The notes under the pieces are model-generated. The model searched no databases, was not told the origin of the DNA, and saw only the letters and a program-made list of their open reading frames with translations. Positions 9,759 through 19,119 of a DNA stretch of 57,122 bases are shown here, piece after piece (the stretch's first letter is position 1; each line of letters opens with the position of its first letter). Origin of the DNA: Dehalococcoidia bacterium. Its GTDB lineage: Bacteria; Chloroflexota; Dehalococcoidia; GIF9; AB-539-J10. The stretch spans positions 1 to 57,122 of the forward strand of contig DAOUZA010000002.1 in the NCBI GenBank assembly GCA_030665785.1, given 5' to 3'. Made by a program: the position numbers and the translations under genes.

Positions 9759-9859
9759 TCTATTACCCCTGCAGTTTTAACAACCATCAACTTTGAGCTA
9801 ATCTGAGAGCTCTTAAGCCTAGATGCGATGACATTGAGCAAGAGTCTGAATTCATACAT
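9749..9859 (-). CDS. Hypothetical 36-aa micro-ORF between the receiver gene and pilT
   Basis: Below the track threshold. ATG at 9859 lies 6 nt after AGGAGG, which overlaps the receiver gene's stop. Its stop overlaps the pilT start by 10 nt (ATGCAAATAG). Translation: MYEFRLLLNVIASRLKSSQISSKLMVVKTAGVIECK. Confidence 0.35.
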   Translation of the reverse strand: MYEFRLLLNVIASRLKSSQISSKLMVVKTAGVIECK

Positions 9860-9869
9860 GGCATTCCTC

Positions 9870-10259
9870 CTATTGTTGAAATCCTACCGACCCTTCTAGT
9901 ACGCTTCTTACAAGCAGATTAATCTCGTCAGCACCGAACGGCTTATGAAGAATCTCAAAACTTATTCCGTCTTCCGCGGCACTTCCGAGTTGATCCAAAA
10001 ACTCTTTGTGAAAAGCTGTTGTGATGTAAACAGATACACCTGGGTCAAGTTCCCATAGCCTGCGCAAAGTTTCAACACCGTTTAAACCGGGCATCTTAAG
10101 GTCAAGAAATACCAAGTCATATCTAGTCTTTTGTTCCAACCCGATCCCTTGCTCACCCGAGCTGGCCGTATCTACTTCATATGGCGTGTCTTTAAGCGCT
10201 TCAACAAATAATTTCCTTATGGTTTCCTCATCGTCAATTACCAGTATGCGCTTGCTCAT
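9870..10259 (-). CDS. Single-domain CheY-like response regulator receiver
   Basis: Acidic pocket DDEE, phospho-acceptor context DLVFLDLKMPGLNG, and conserved T (YITTAF) and K (HKPF). There is no output domain. Confidence 0.85.
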   Translation of the reverse strand: MSKRILVIDDEETIRKLFVEALKDTPYEVDTASSGEQGIGLEQKTRYDLVFLDLKMPGLNGVETLRRLWELDPGVSVYITTAFHKEFLDQLGSAAEDGISFEILHKPFGADEINLLVRSVLEGSVGFQQ

Positions 10260-10277
10260 GTTGTTATCTCTTTTAGG

Positions 10278-10499
10278 TTACCTTCCCTGAATTTTATTTA
10301 TATTTATCCGGTTGGCCTCTGCCTTCAATCTATGTATCTCAGCCTCATTAAACAGCCTCCATCCTCTCCTATCCCTGCGTTCAGCTTCGCTGAATATGCC
10401 CTCCTTTAGCCAACGAAAAAGAGTGTTTTTGCTTATAGAGACCATTTGACAAACTTCACTGGTTCTATAGTAGTTTTGGCCATTTATCGTTACAGCCAT
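10278..10499 (-). CDS. Small MerR/excisionase-family helix-turn-helix protein (73 aa)
   Basis: YYRTSEVCQMVSISKNTLFRWLKEGIF...RGWRLFNEAEIHRLK matches the MerR-type N-terminal HTH plus wing. There is no effector or coiled-coil domain. SD GGGGGGTG lies upstream. Confidence 0.7.
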   Translation of the reverse strand: MAVTINGQNYYRTSEVCQMVSISKNTLFRWLKEGIFSEAERRDRRGWRLFNEAEIHRLKAEANRININKIQGR

Positions 10500-10669
10500 A
10501 TTTGTGCACCCCCCATGCTAATCAGGTATACCTATAACAGCCTAAGGTATACTAGCTATTTTGTGAATCACGCATTGGTACTGTTTTGGCTGGCATTTTA
10601 GTACCCCGTACCACAGCCTGAGTCTTAGTGCTGTTACCTAGCCAGCTGTTTTTTTCATCAACCAGTTGT

Positions 10670-10828
10670 AGCCAGCAGCAGTTAACCCCACTAATTTTAG
10701 CGATTCATCAACTAACCAAAAAACTCAGCCTGGAAGCCCCGACAGCAGAAATTATCTATGACATTCTGTTCCAAAATAAGCCGCCAACTGAGCTAATAGC
10801 AAGCTTCAGCGAAGCAATAAAAGACTAG
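10670..10828 (+). pseudogene. Detached copy of the gpsA 3' end (last ~45 codons), no 5' part
   Basis: Encodes ...LAIHQLTKKLSLEAPTAEIIYDILFQNKPPTELIASFSEAIKD, versus gpsA ...IAVHQLTKKLSLEAPIAGIIYDILFQNKPPTELIASFSEVIKN. Upstream of 10706 the similarity decays and has a 3-nt indel. Confidence 0.8.
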
Positions 10829-10851
10829 CCAGGTATTCCATCAGCCTTCTT
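10706..10851 (+). repeat. Direct repeat, right copy (relic gpsA tail plus 23 bp downstream)
   Basis: See the left copy at 8454..8599. Confidence 0.9.
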
Positions 10852-11030
10852 TACATACCCTACCGATTCATCTTACCGGCAGTGAAAATCCGAAAGTGGC
10901 TCCTTTACCCTGCTGACCATCTCGAGAATAAAGCCACGGTGATTCTAAATTCTGTAGTTTGAAACGTAACCTAACATGCAAACTTAGTAATGCCTGGTCA
11001 GCAAGTGAGTTTTTCTCTTGCCGTTACCAT

Positions 11031-12122
11031 CTAATCCCTATAATCATTTTGGCGAGGCTCGACTTTAGGCAACATTTCGGCCAGTTCCTGGAAAAGATGC
11101 TTTTGTCTTTTATCAAGGCGTTCCGGGGTAACTACACGAACGATGATAACTTCGTCTCCCTTGCCGCGTCTATTAGCATATGGTATCCCCTTTCCTTTCA
11201 AATGGAAAGCTCTTCCATTCTGAGTGCCCGGCGGTATGTTTAACTTTATTCCGCCATCCAAGGAAGGAACCTCCACCTCATCGCCCAGAGCAGCCTGGGC
11301 GAAATTAAGGGACAACTCGTAGAAGATATCGCTTCCTTCCCTGTGGAATATCCTGCTTGGCTTTACCGAGAGGTTGGCATAAAAGTCACCAGGTCTGCCA
11401 CCATATAGGCCAACATCACCTTCGCCATCCAAAACCATGGTATAGCCATCATCCACGCCAGCAGGAATATTCACTGTCATTCTCCGGCTCACTTTTACCC
11501 GCCCTTTTCCACGGCAATGTGGACAAGGGTCAGTTATTATCGTCCCACTACCTGAACAGTGGGGACAAGTGGTCACGTGACTAAAACGGCCAAAGAAACT
11601 CTGGCGAACCCTTCTTATCTGTCCTGTTCCATGGCATTCAGGGCAAGTTTGAGGACTTGTTCCTGGCTTGGTGCCAAGACCATGGCATGAAGGGCAATTT
11701 TCAACACGCTCTACCTCAATTTCTTTACTACAGCCGAAAACTGCCTCTTCAAAGGAAAGGGCAATATGAGCTCTTAAATCACTCCCCCTTTGTGGAGCAC
11801 GTTGAGCAGTGGCAGCTCCAAATGGGCTCCCACCAAAACCGAAGAATGATTCGAAGATATCACCAAGCCCACCAAAATCAAAATCAGGAAATCCCTGCAC
11901 CCCCTCAACCCAACCATAACGGTCATAATTAGCTCTCCTTTCCGGGTCGGAAAGAACCTGGTATGCCTCGCTTATCTCCTTAAATCTCCCCTCAGCATCA
12001 GGGTCTTTGTTATGGTCGGGGTGATATTTGAAGGCCAATTTGCGAAACGCCCTCTTAATCTCCTCTCCAGTGGCATTTCGAGGCATTCCAAGCACTTCAT
12101 AATAATCGCGCTTCTCTGTCAT
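11031..12122 (-). CDS. dnaJ: Molecular chaperone DnaJ
   Basis: J-domain with HPD (KYHPDHN), a G/F region and four CxxCxGxG zinc-finger repeats. No dnaK or grpE is adjacent. Confidence 0.95.
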   Translation of the reverse strand: MTEKRDYYEVLGMPRNATGEEIKRAFRKLAFKYHPDHNKDPDAEGRFKEISEAYQVLSDPERRANYDRYGWVEGVQGFPDFDFGGLGDIFESFFGFGGSPFGAATAQRAPQRGSDLRAHIALSFEEAVFGCSKEIEVERVENCPSCHGLGTKPGTSPQTCPECHGTGQIRRVRQSFFGRFSHVTTCPHCSGSGTIITDPCPHCRGKGRVKVSRRMTVNIPAGVDDGYTMVLDGEGDVGLYGGRPGDFYANLSVKPSRIFHREGSDIFYELSLNFAQAALGDEVEVPSLDGGIKLNIPPGTQNGRAFHLKGKGIPYANRRGKGDEVIIVRVVTPERLDKRQKHLFQELAEMLPKVEPRQNDYRD

Positions 12123-12203
12123 AAGTGTTTAATCCTCAAACTTTTAGTATAGCTCTTTAGCTTCTATATTAGCAAGCTTTACACATGATATAATCATAAA
12201 GCG

Positions 12204-12770
12204 GTGAAACAGAAAATCAAGCAAATTCTCAGTCATTATCACAACAAAAAGATTAACGACAAAGATTTGATTCCCTCCGCAGTGTTAGTGCCTCTATTCT
12301 ATACCCAGGGAGAGTATCACCTTCTATTTACCGAGAGGAGTGGAGGGTTAAACTTTCATCAAGGGGAAGCTTGCTTCCCGGGAGGAATCCGCCAGCCCGG
12401 TGATGCCAGCCTTGCTGATGCCGCTTTAAGGGAAACTGAAGAGGAGATAGGCTTAGCCAGGAAAGACGTTGAAATTTTGGGCGAACTAGACGATGCTATC
12501 ACTGTCACCAGTGGTTGCGTTATCTCCCCTTTTGTAGCCTTCATCCCCTATCCTTACCCGTTTAACATAAATCCTGACGAGGTAGAGCAAATTTTCTCCA
12601 TTCCTCTATCAGTATTAATGGACAAGAAGAACTTTAAGCAGGAATATATAACTATCAATGGACAAACCTTCCCCGTTTACTTCTATGAATATCAAGGGCA
12701 TATCGTCTGGGGGGCTACAGCTTATATCGTTAAACAATTTATAGAGTTATTGCAACAGCAGGGCTTATGA
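12204..12770 (+). CDS. Nudix hydrolase, CoA pyrophosphatase-like
   Basis: Nudix box GGIRQPGDASLADAALRETEEEIGL, preceded by the LLFTERS...H.G...FPGG signature typical of the CoA-pyrophosphatase subgroup. GTG start. Confidence 0.75.
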   Translation: MKQKIKQILSHYHNKKINDKDLIPSAVLVPLFYTQGEYHLLFTERSGGLNFHQGEACFPGGIRQPGDASLADAALRETEEEIGLARKDVEILGELDDAITVTSGCVISPFVAFIPYPYPFNINPDEVEQIFSIPLSVLMDKKNFKQEYITINGQTFPVYFYEYQGHIVWGATAYIVKQFIELLQQQGL

Positions 12771-12821
12771 GATTATTTACTTCTTGCCTTTAGTTTCCTT
12801 GGCTTTGACTTTGTTTACTTT

Positions 12822-12850
12822 TTGATAAAAGCTCTACCTTTGGCTATAAT
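12822..12850 (+). promoter_or_regulatory. Sigma-70-type promoter upstream of clpC
   Basis: TTGATA, 17 nt, TATAAT. It lies about 38 nt upstream of the clpC ATG, which has a GGGAGGA SD. Confidence 0.45.
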
Positions 12851-12888
12851 TAAGTTGTATTTTTTAGCATAATGGGAGGAGATACTTA

Positions 12889-15321
12889 ATGACGCCGGAA
12901 AGATTTACCGAGCAAGCACAGGAGGCTTTAGCAGCCTCACAGGAGCTAGTCCGCCGCTACAAGCACAGCCAATGGGATGTAGAGCACATCCTGCTAGCTC
13001 TGCTGGAGCAGGGAAAAGGGATAACCCAGGAGATATTGGAAGAGCTTGGTATAGATGTGGAGGAAGTCAAAAGCCGTGTAGATAAAACATTAAAAAGTTA
13101 TCCCCAAATAAATTACGTAGGGGCACAAATTTATGCTACGCCTCGCATTCCCCAATTAATGGAAGACGCCGCTCGTGAAGCAGACAGATTAAAGGATGAG
13201 TTCACTAGCTGTGAACATCTGCTTATCGCCATCGCCGGTGAAGGCAAAGGTGATGCCAGCAGAATCCTGGGGGAGTTCGGCATCACCCAGGAGAAAATAT
13301 ATCAAGCATTACGCAAGATTCGTGGTGCCCATCGAGTTACCGACCGTCATGCTGAGAGCAAATACCGCTCCCTGGCAAAATACGGGCATGACCTCACCGA
13401 GTTAGCCCGACACGGCAAGCTCGACCCTGTGATTGGAAGAGAAAAGGAGATCAAGCGAGTAATGCAGATACTTTCCCGACGAACCAAGAACAATCCTGTG
13501 GTCATTGGCGATGCTGGTGTGGGCAAAACAGCCATTGCTGAAGGTCTCGCCCAGAGAATTGCCGCTGATGATGTCCCCAATTCACTTAAGGGGAAAAGGG
13601 TAGTCGCCTTAGACATGGGAGCATTAGTAGCTGGGAGTAAGTTCCGAGGTGAATTCGAGGAGAGGATGAAAGCAGTTCTCGACGAAATTCGCCAAGCAAG
13701 CGGAGAGGTGATTCTATTCATCGATGAACTTCACACCGTAGTAGGTGCTGGTGGTGCTGAAGGAGCAATTGATGCCAGTAATATGCTCAAACCAGCGTTG
13801 TCTCGAGGTGAGCTTCAGTGCATCGGAGCCACCACGCTGAACGAATATCGAGAGCATATTGAAAAAGACAAAGCCTTAGAGCGGCGTTTTCAACCTGTTT
13901 TCATCGATGAACCAAGTGCCGATGCTACTATAGAGATGCTAAAGGGTCTAAAGCCCAGATACGAAGCTCACCATAAGATTAAAATCGATGATTCAGCCTT
14001 AGTAGCTGCAGCAAAGCTCAGTCAACGCTATGTCACTGACAGATTTTTGCCCGATAAAGCCATTGACCTACTTGATGAGGCTGCCAGCAAGCTACGCATT
14101 GACCGAGAGAGCGCTCCACCAGAGGTCAATGAGCTGGAACAGAAGATAAAGCGTTTGCTTGATGAAGAACAGGCTGCTTCACAGCGAGGAGACTATCAAC
14201 AAGCAGCCGAACTGAGAGCGGAAAGATTACGATTAGAGTCGAAATATAACGAATCCAAGACAAAATGGCTTCAAGGAATAAAGACCGACGCTGTAGTTAA
14301 CGAAGAGGATATTGCCCAACTTATCTCACAATGGACAGGGATTCCCGTTTCCCGAATGCTTGAAACCGAAAGTGAGAAATTAGTTCACATGGAGGAGAGG
14401 GTTCACCAGAGGATAGTGAACCAGGAGGAAGCTGTGGCTTCTGTCTGTGAGGCAATAAGGCGAGGCAGAGCTGGCCTCAAAGACCCAAAACGCCCCATAG
14501 GCAGCTTCATCTTTCTGGGACCTACTGGGGTAGGTAAGACTGAGCTAGCCCGAGCCCTGGCTGAATTCCTCTTCGATGACGAGAACGCCATGGTAAGGCT
14601 TGATATGTCAGAGTATATGGAAAAGCATACCGTATCACGTCTCATCGGAGCACCCCCGGGGTATATAGGATATGAAGAAGGAGGACAGTTGACTGAGGCA
14701 GTGCGCCGCCGTCCTTATCGCGTGATTTTGCTGGATGAAGTGGAGAAGGCACATCCTGATGTATTTAATATCTTGTTGCAAATATTAGAGGATGGCAGGC
14801 TCACAGATGGACATGGCAGAACAGTAGACTTTAAAAATGCCATCATCATTATGACCAGCAACCTGGGAACAGAGGAATTTCGCCGCCAGGGTGTAGGATT
14901 TCTCCAGCGCGACAAAGATGAAGAACAACGGTTGAGAAGTAATATTGAGACTGCGCTCAGAAAAACCTTCCGCCCCGAGTTGCTTAATCGGGTAGACGAC
15001 ATCATCATCTTCCATACTTTGACCGAACAGCATCTGGCAAAAATTATTGACTTGCTGATTAGGGATGTGGAACATCGTCTCGCCGAACGCAATATCGCAT
15101 TAAAGGTGGACAATGACGCCAAATCATGGCTAATAAGCAAAGGCTACAATCCTGAATATGGGGCACGACCGCTACGGCGCGCTATTCAACGCTATGTGGA
15201 AAATCCCCTATCAACAAAGATACTACGTAGCGATTTTAACGAGGGAGATACCATAGCTATCGGCGTTGAAGCCGAAGAGTTGAGCTTTACCAAAGCAGAG
15301 CCTGCAGAGACAAAGGCATAG
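12889..15321 (+). CDS. clpC: AAA+ chaperone, ClpC-type Clp ATPase
   Basis: Clp_N repeats, two Walker A motifs ([16 protein letters not shown]) and a short middle domain with a UVR-like motif ([11 protein letters not shown]). At 810 aa it is closer to ClpC than to ClpB. Confidence 0.85.
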   Translation: MTPERFTEQAQEALAASQELVRRYKHSQWDVEHILLALLEQGKGITQEILEELGIDVEEVKSRVDKTLKSYPQINYVGAQIYATPRIPQLMEDAAREADRLKDEFTSCEHLLIAIAGEGKGDASRILGEFGITQEKIYQALRKIRGAHRVTDRHAESKYRSLAKYGHDLTELARHGKLDPVIGREKEIKRVMQILSRRTKNNPVVIGDAGVGKTAIAEGLAQRIAADDVPNSLKGKRVVALDMGALVAGSKFRGEFEERMKAVLDEIRQASGEVILFIDELHTVVGAGGAEGAIDASNMLKPALSRGELQCIGATTLNEYREHIEKDKALERRFQPVFIDEPSADATIEMLKGLKPRYEAHHKIKIDDSALVAAAKLSQRYVTDRFLPDKAIDLLDEAASKLRIDRESAPPEVNELEQKIKRLLDEEQAASQRGDYQQAAELRAERLRLESKYNESKTKWLQGIKTDAVVNEEDIAQLISQWTGIPVSRMLETESEKLVHMEERVHQRIVNQEEAVASVCEAIRRGRAGLKDPKRPIGSFIFLGPTGVGKTELARALAEFLFDDENAMVRLDMSEYMEKHTVSRLIGAPPGYIGYEEGGQLTEAVRRRPYRVILLDEVEKAHPDVFNILLQILEDGRLTDGHGRTVDFKNAIIIMTSNLGTEEFRRQGVGFLQRDKDEEQRLRSNIETALRKTFRPELLNRVDDIIIFHTLTEQHLAKIIDLLIRDVEHRLAERNIALKVDNDAKSWLISKGYNPEYGARPLRRAIQRYVENPLSTKILRSDFNEGDTIAIGVEAEELSFTKAEPAETKA

Positions 15322-15339
15322 CTCAGAGCCGGGCCAACA

Positions 15340-16575
15340 GTGGATTTAGCCTCAAAAATTAAGAGCTACTTTCCCAAGGAACTCCTTGAATTACTTCAAG
15401 ATACCTCCACGGAGGCTAACAAGCTAGGACAAAGGGTTTACCTTGTTGGAGGCATAGTACGAGACCTACTCATAGACTATCCCAACTTCGACCTCGATTT
15501 GGTAACCGAGGGCAATGCCATGGAACTAGCTAATCGGATAGCCAGAATGAGCGAGGCGAAATTAGTGATACATCCACGCTTCAACACTGCTAAAATCAAG
15601 AGCGGTGACTTCGCCATAGATATCGCTACTGCCAGAAGCGAAACTTACGCTAGGCCTGGTGCACTGCCTATAGTTACGCCAAGCATCGTTGAAAAAGACC
15701 TCTTCCGCAGGGATTTCTCCATCAATGCCATGGCAATATCCCTCACCCCTGAGCACTATGGAGAGCTGCTTGACCCTTATCATGGCAAAGGTGACCTGGA
15801 TTCACATCTCATTCGTATTCTGCACTCCGGGAGTTTTACCGATGATGCCACCAGGATTCTACGAGCGATACGCTACGAGCAACGATTGGGATTCAACCTC
15901 GAGCATGAGACTGCTCGATTACTCAAGCGAGATATTCAGATGTTGGATGCCATAAGTGGAGACCGAATAAGGCACGAATTGGAGTTAATTTTCCGAGAAA
16001 AATATCCCGCACACGTCCTTAAGCGGCTTGGTGAATTGGGAGCATTGCAAAGGATAAACCATTCCCTTAGAGGCAATGGATGGCTCGCTGGTAAATTTGA
16101 TGACGCACGCCGATCAGGTAAACCCGGTGAACTTCCAGCACTTTATTTCTGCCTCCTTACCTACTCACTTGATAGGGAGCAAGTTAACCAACTGATAAGG
16201 CGCCTTAACCCACCAGCAAAGCTAACCAGGGTAATAAAGGATACTGCCAGACTTAAGCTACACCTTCCCCGATTAAACAATCCATCTTTAAAACCCAGCG
16301 AAATATATTACTTCCTCCACGAATATGAGCCATTAGCCATCAAAGCTAACATTATAGCCGATGATGAGCCTATGATTCGGCAGCATCTTGAACTTTTCCT
16401 TTCTAAATTGCGTTATGTAAAGCCTTATCTTAACGGAGATGAACTTCAAAGGTTAGGCATCCCCGCAGGAACAAAATTAGGAGAAATCCTCGAGATATTG
16501 CACAAGGCAAGACTGGACGGTGAGATTACCACTAAGGATGAGGAGGAAAAATTAGCCCGGCGGCTGAAACCATAA
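15340..16575 (+). CDS. cca: Class II tRNA nucleotidyltransferase / poly(A) polymerase family (CCA-adding type; exact specificity unresolved)
   Basis: Motifs LVGGIVRDLL, DLDLV and RRDFSINAMA. Motif D reads DDATR rather than EDxxR. GTG start. Confidence 0.7.
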   Translation: MDLASKIKSYFPKELLELLQDTSTEANKLGQRVYLVGGIVRDLLIDYPNFDLDLVTEGNAMELANRIARMSEAKLVIHPRFNTAKIKSGDFAIDIATARSETYARPGALPIVTPSIVEKDLFRRDFSINAMAISLTPEHYGELLDPYHGKGDLDSHLIRILHSGSFTDDATRILRAIRYEQRLGFNLEHETARLLKRDIQMLDAISGDRIRHELELIFREKYPAHVLKRLGELGALQRINHSLRGNGWLAGKFDDARRSGKPGELPALYFCLLTYSLDREQVNQLIRRLNPPAKLTRVIKDTARLKLHLPRLNNPSLKPSEIYYFLHEYEPLAIKANIIADDEPMIRQHLELFLSKLRYVKPYLNGDELQRLGIPAGTKLGEILEILHKARLDGEITTKDEEEKLARRLKP

Positions 16576-17151
16576 AGGAAGGAAATGAAGCAGTCCAAAA
16601 CCAAAATAACAAAACACAATATACTTGGGGAATTTCCCCGCCCAGCACGGCAACAAGAATTTCCATAGCGGTAATCTTGATGCCCCAGCGGTAAGCCCGG
16701 CAATATCAAATGGTAGAATGGGCTGGAGGGAAAAAAGAAATATCGCCAGCACCCCATATCGATTAACCCAATCCACGAGTCTGTTATATCCCGGTATGTC
16801 CTTAGTGAGCGCTATTCTCTTTCCAAGGTAACCAGCATAGTAGCTACTTATTTCTCCCAGGGTTCCCGCGGCACTGGCGATAAAAGCCACCAAAATAGGG
16901 TCCCACTGCGAGGCTGCTGCTATCATAACCGAAATATGTAAGGCCACAGGCACCAGAATACTAGCGTTACACAGGAAACTAATAATAAAAACAGCAGAAT
17001 AAGCACCAGGGGCAAACTCCCCTAAGGTGATATTAAAGTGAACTATCAAATACTGAAGAAGATAAACAAGCCCAATGCTAAGCCCGATAAGCCCAGCACC
17101 ATAAATAGTTAATATAAGCCATCTTCTTCGTATCTTAGCCACCTGGTTCAC
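16552..17151 (-). CDS. VTT-domain (DedA/YqaA/Tvp38-like) membrane protein
   Basis: Multi-TM protein with the GEISSYYAGYLG ... LQPILPFDIAGLTAGASRLP pattern. Confidence 0.55.
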   Translation of the reverse strand: MNQVAKIRRRWLILTIYGAGLIGLSIGLVYLLQYLIVHFNITLGEFAPGAYSAVFIISFLCNASILVPVALHISVMIAAASQWDPILVAFIASAAGTLGEISSYYAGYLGKRIALTKDIPGYNRLVDWVNRYGVLAIFLFSLQPILPFDIAGLTAGASRLPLWKFLLPCWAGKFPKYIVFCYFGFGLLHFLPLWFQPPG

Positions 17152-17998
17152 CTCTGGGAAGCGAGGTTACCGCATAGCATTCCAATCCTCGTCTCTGCAT
17201 AGATAGACACACCTCATTAGCCTTTTCTTCGCTCTGAACGGAAGTAAACAAGCAGGGACCTGAGCCAGTAAGGTGGACAGGCAAGCCCGCTGTTTGTTCA
17301 AATATTCCTTTATATTTATCAAGCTGGGGAAACATATCAAAAGCTACCGTCTCAAAAATATTTAACATCGAAGACGGAGGAAGTGTCTTTTCCCGTTCCA
17401 GAGTTTGCAAGGCGGCATGTATAAACTGTCCCCGAGTAAAGTTCGCGGCACTCAATTTGCCATAAAGCTTGCCGGTTTTACCTGGCATCTTTGGTAATGG
17501 TGGCACATGCAAAACGAAGTAAGTTGGTAACAAATCTGGCAACGGAGTCACTTCCTCCCCTCTCCCCTCCACTAAAGTTGTACCCCCGTAGACAAAAAGG
17601 GGGGCATCCGAACCTATCTTCGATGCTAAGCGAGCCAACCGCGATGGAGGAAAATTCACCTCCCAGAGAATATTGAGAGCCACAAGAGTGGAAGCAGCAT
17701 CGCTGCTTCCCCCACCCAAACCCACCCCCCACGGTATATTCTTGCAAAGTCTGATTCGCACGCCTTTACGGCAATTGCTAACCTCCTGGAACAGCTTGGC
17801 TGCTTTCATCGCTAAATTCTCAGTTTGCAAGTTTGATTCGCTACATTCCAAGGATATTTCTTTTTCCAGTTCAAAGCTGAGAACATCGTATAGGGTTACC
17901 GTCTGGACAATACTCCTGACCCGATAGTAATTATCATCATATTTGCCCAAAACCTCGAGAACGAGGTTTATCTTCGCCGGCGCATAAACGGTTAGCAT
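17135..17998 (-). CDS. ispE: 4-diphosphocytidyl-2-C-methyl-D-erythritol kinase
   Basis: YAPAKINLVLEVLG start and GHMP-kinase motif PWGVGLGGGSSDAA. I prefer ATG at 17998 to the track start at 18046, which overlaps rsmA. Confidence 0.85.
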   Translation of the reverse strand: MLTVYAPAKINLVLEVLGKYDDNYYRVRSIVQTVTLYDVLSFELEKEISLECSESNLQTENLAMKAAKLFQEVSNCRKGVRIRLCKNIPWGVGLGGGSSDAASTLVALNILWEVNFPPSRLARLASKIGSDAPLFVYGGTTLVEGRGEEVTPLPDLLPTYFVLHVPPLPKMPGKTGKLYGKLSAANFTRGQFIHAALQTLEREKTLPPSSMLNIFETVAFDMFPQLDKYKGIFEQTAGLPVHLTGSGPCLFTSVQSEEKANEVCLSMQRRGLECYAVTSLPRGEPGG

Positions 17999-18003
17999 AA
18001 TAA

Positions 18004-18828
18004 TTATGTTCCAAGTGGGGCAAAAGTTTCCCACACCTTTCGCCACTCCTCCAGGCTGAGGGTTTCTGCTCGCCTGGTAGCATCTACCCCGATTTCCTCA
18101 AGTAACTGGGAAACTTGATTGGGCGATATTGCCAAACTGTGAGCCAGGGAATTGCGAAGTTGCTTACGACGTGAACTGAAACCACAATGAACCATGCCAA
18201 AAAAACCATCGACGTCGGATACTTTAACAGGTGGCTCAGAATAAACATCGAGACGCAAGACCGCAGAATCTACCTTAGGTGGGGGGCGGAAATCCTTAGC
18301 TGGCACATAAGTTATAATAGTTGGCTTAGTATAAAATTGGACACCGATGCTTAGCTGAGTCATCTTACCAGGTACAGCAGCTATAGCCTCGCCCACCTCT
18401 TTCTGCACCATTATCACCATTAGTGAGGGTTTCAGCCCAGCTTGCAGGAAATGCCGTAATATTGGCGAAGTAATATAATAAGGAAGATTACCCACCACTT
18501 TATAAGCTTGTCCGCTACCCACAGGAGCATTAACTTTTCCCCTCAAAAGCTCTTCAGGAGTGATTTTAAGTATATCAGCATGCACAATGTCGACATTTGG
18601 AAAAGAACCCAGCCTTTTAGTCAACATATTAACCAATCTAACATCAAGCTCCACGGCAATCACTTTAGCAGTTCGCTCAGCCAGCTTTTTAGTTAATACG
18701 CCCGTCCCTGGACCTATCTCTACAACAATATCTCCCTTATCCAGTTCGGCAGCAGAGAGGATGCATTCTGCCACATGCTCATTAATCAAGAAATGCTGGC
18801 CTAACCTTTTCTTCGCCCTGAGATACAT
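18004..18828 (-). CDS. rsmA: 16S rRNA (adenine1518/1519-N6)-dimethyltransferase
   Basis: LGQHFL start, SAM motif VVEIGPGTGVLT and the NLPYYITSPIL motif. Confidence 0.9.
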   Translation of the reverse strand: MYLRAKKRLGQHFLINEHVAECILSAAELDKGDIVVEIGPGTGVLTKKLAERTAKVIAVELDVRLVNMLTKRLGSFPNVDIVHADILKITPEELLRGKVNAPVGSGQAYKVVGNLPYYITSPILRHFLQAGLKPSLMVIMVQKEVGEAIAAVPGKMTQLSIGVQFYTKPTIITYVPAKDFRPPPKVDSAVLRLDVYSEPPVKVSDVDGFFGMVHCGFSSRRKQLRNSLAHSLAISPNQVSQLLEEIGVDATRRAETLSLEEWRKVWETFAPLGT

Positions 18829-18843
18829 CCAAATATCAATTTA

Positions 18844-19111
18844 GGTCGTGCACCTGCTCTCGGTTCCTATGGTGCAAATTACCCCTGCCAGCCAGCTCCA
18901 TCCAGGCACTTCTATGTCACCCAGAGAAACCTACTTACCGCTGCTTCCTTCCGGACCTGACGGGGTTCGTAGTTCTCCGCCGCATAGAACCCAAACTTCA
19001 TCGCCGCTTAGCACAAAGTAACCTTACACCTCGAAATCTCAAGCAGGAATTCAGCCCCGCTATAGCGGATTTCGGGTTCAGGGCACCGCTAGCTCCCCAC
19101 CTAGCACGACC
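18844..19111 (-). ncRNA. ffs: Signal recognition particle RNA, long (Alu-domain-containing, Bacillus scRNA-like) form
   Basis: The minus strand reads GGTCGTGCTAGGTGGGGAGCTAGCGGTGCCCTGAACC ... CCCGTCAGGTCCGGAAGGAAGCAGCGGTAAG ... GCTGGCAGGG ... GCAGGTGCACGACC. It contains the universal domain IV motif GUCAGGUCCGGAAGGAAGCAGC. The 5' and 3' ends pair with each other, and it resembles B. subtilis scRNA along its length as far as I recall that sequence. Confidence 0.85.
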
Positions 19112-19119
19112 TACCATAA

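Larger units (their letters stand above)
8600..10705. mobile_element. Putative inserted cassette or integrative-element remnant between the two gpsA-tail repeats
   Basis: Four co-oriented minus-strand genes are bracketed by the direct repeats. No recombinase lies inside, so mobility is inferred from architecture only. Confidence 0.35.

Noticed and set aside
10959-11243. Plus-strand 94-aa ORF overlapping the 3' end of dnaJ; also a check of 10852..11030 for a decayed integrase next to the right repeat
   Set aside because: The ORF is antisense to well-supported dnaJ and has no motifs. The 180-bp gap shows no recombinase-like open frame in any of the six frames.
12123-12203. Searched for a CIRCE element (TTAGCACTC-N9-GAGTGCTAA) upstream of dnaJ
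   Set aside because: Only a loose TTAG...TTAGCA resemblance is present, with no inverted repeat.
12801-12821. CtsR-like heptad (AGTCAAA on the minus strand) upstream of clpC
   Set aside because: Only one good heptad is present. The second is degenerate (AGTAAAC) and spaced 9 bp rather than 10 bp. No ctsR, mcsA or mcsB gene is present and the lineage is probably not Firmicutes.
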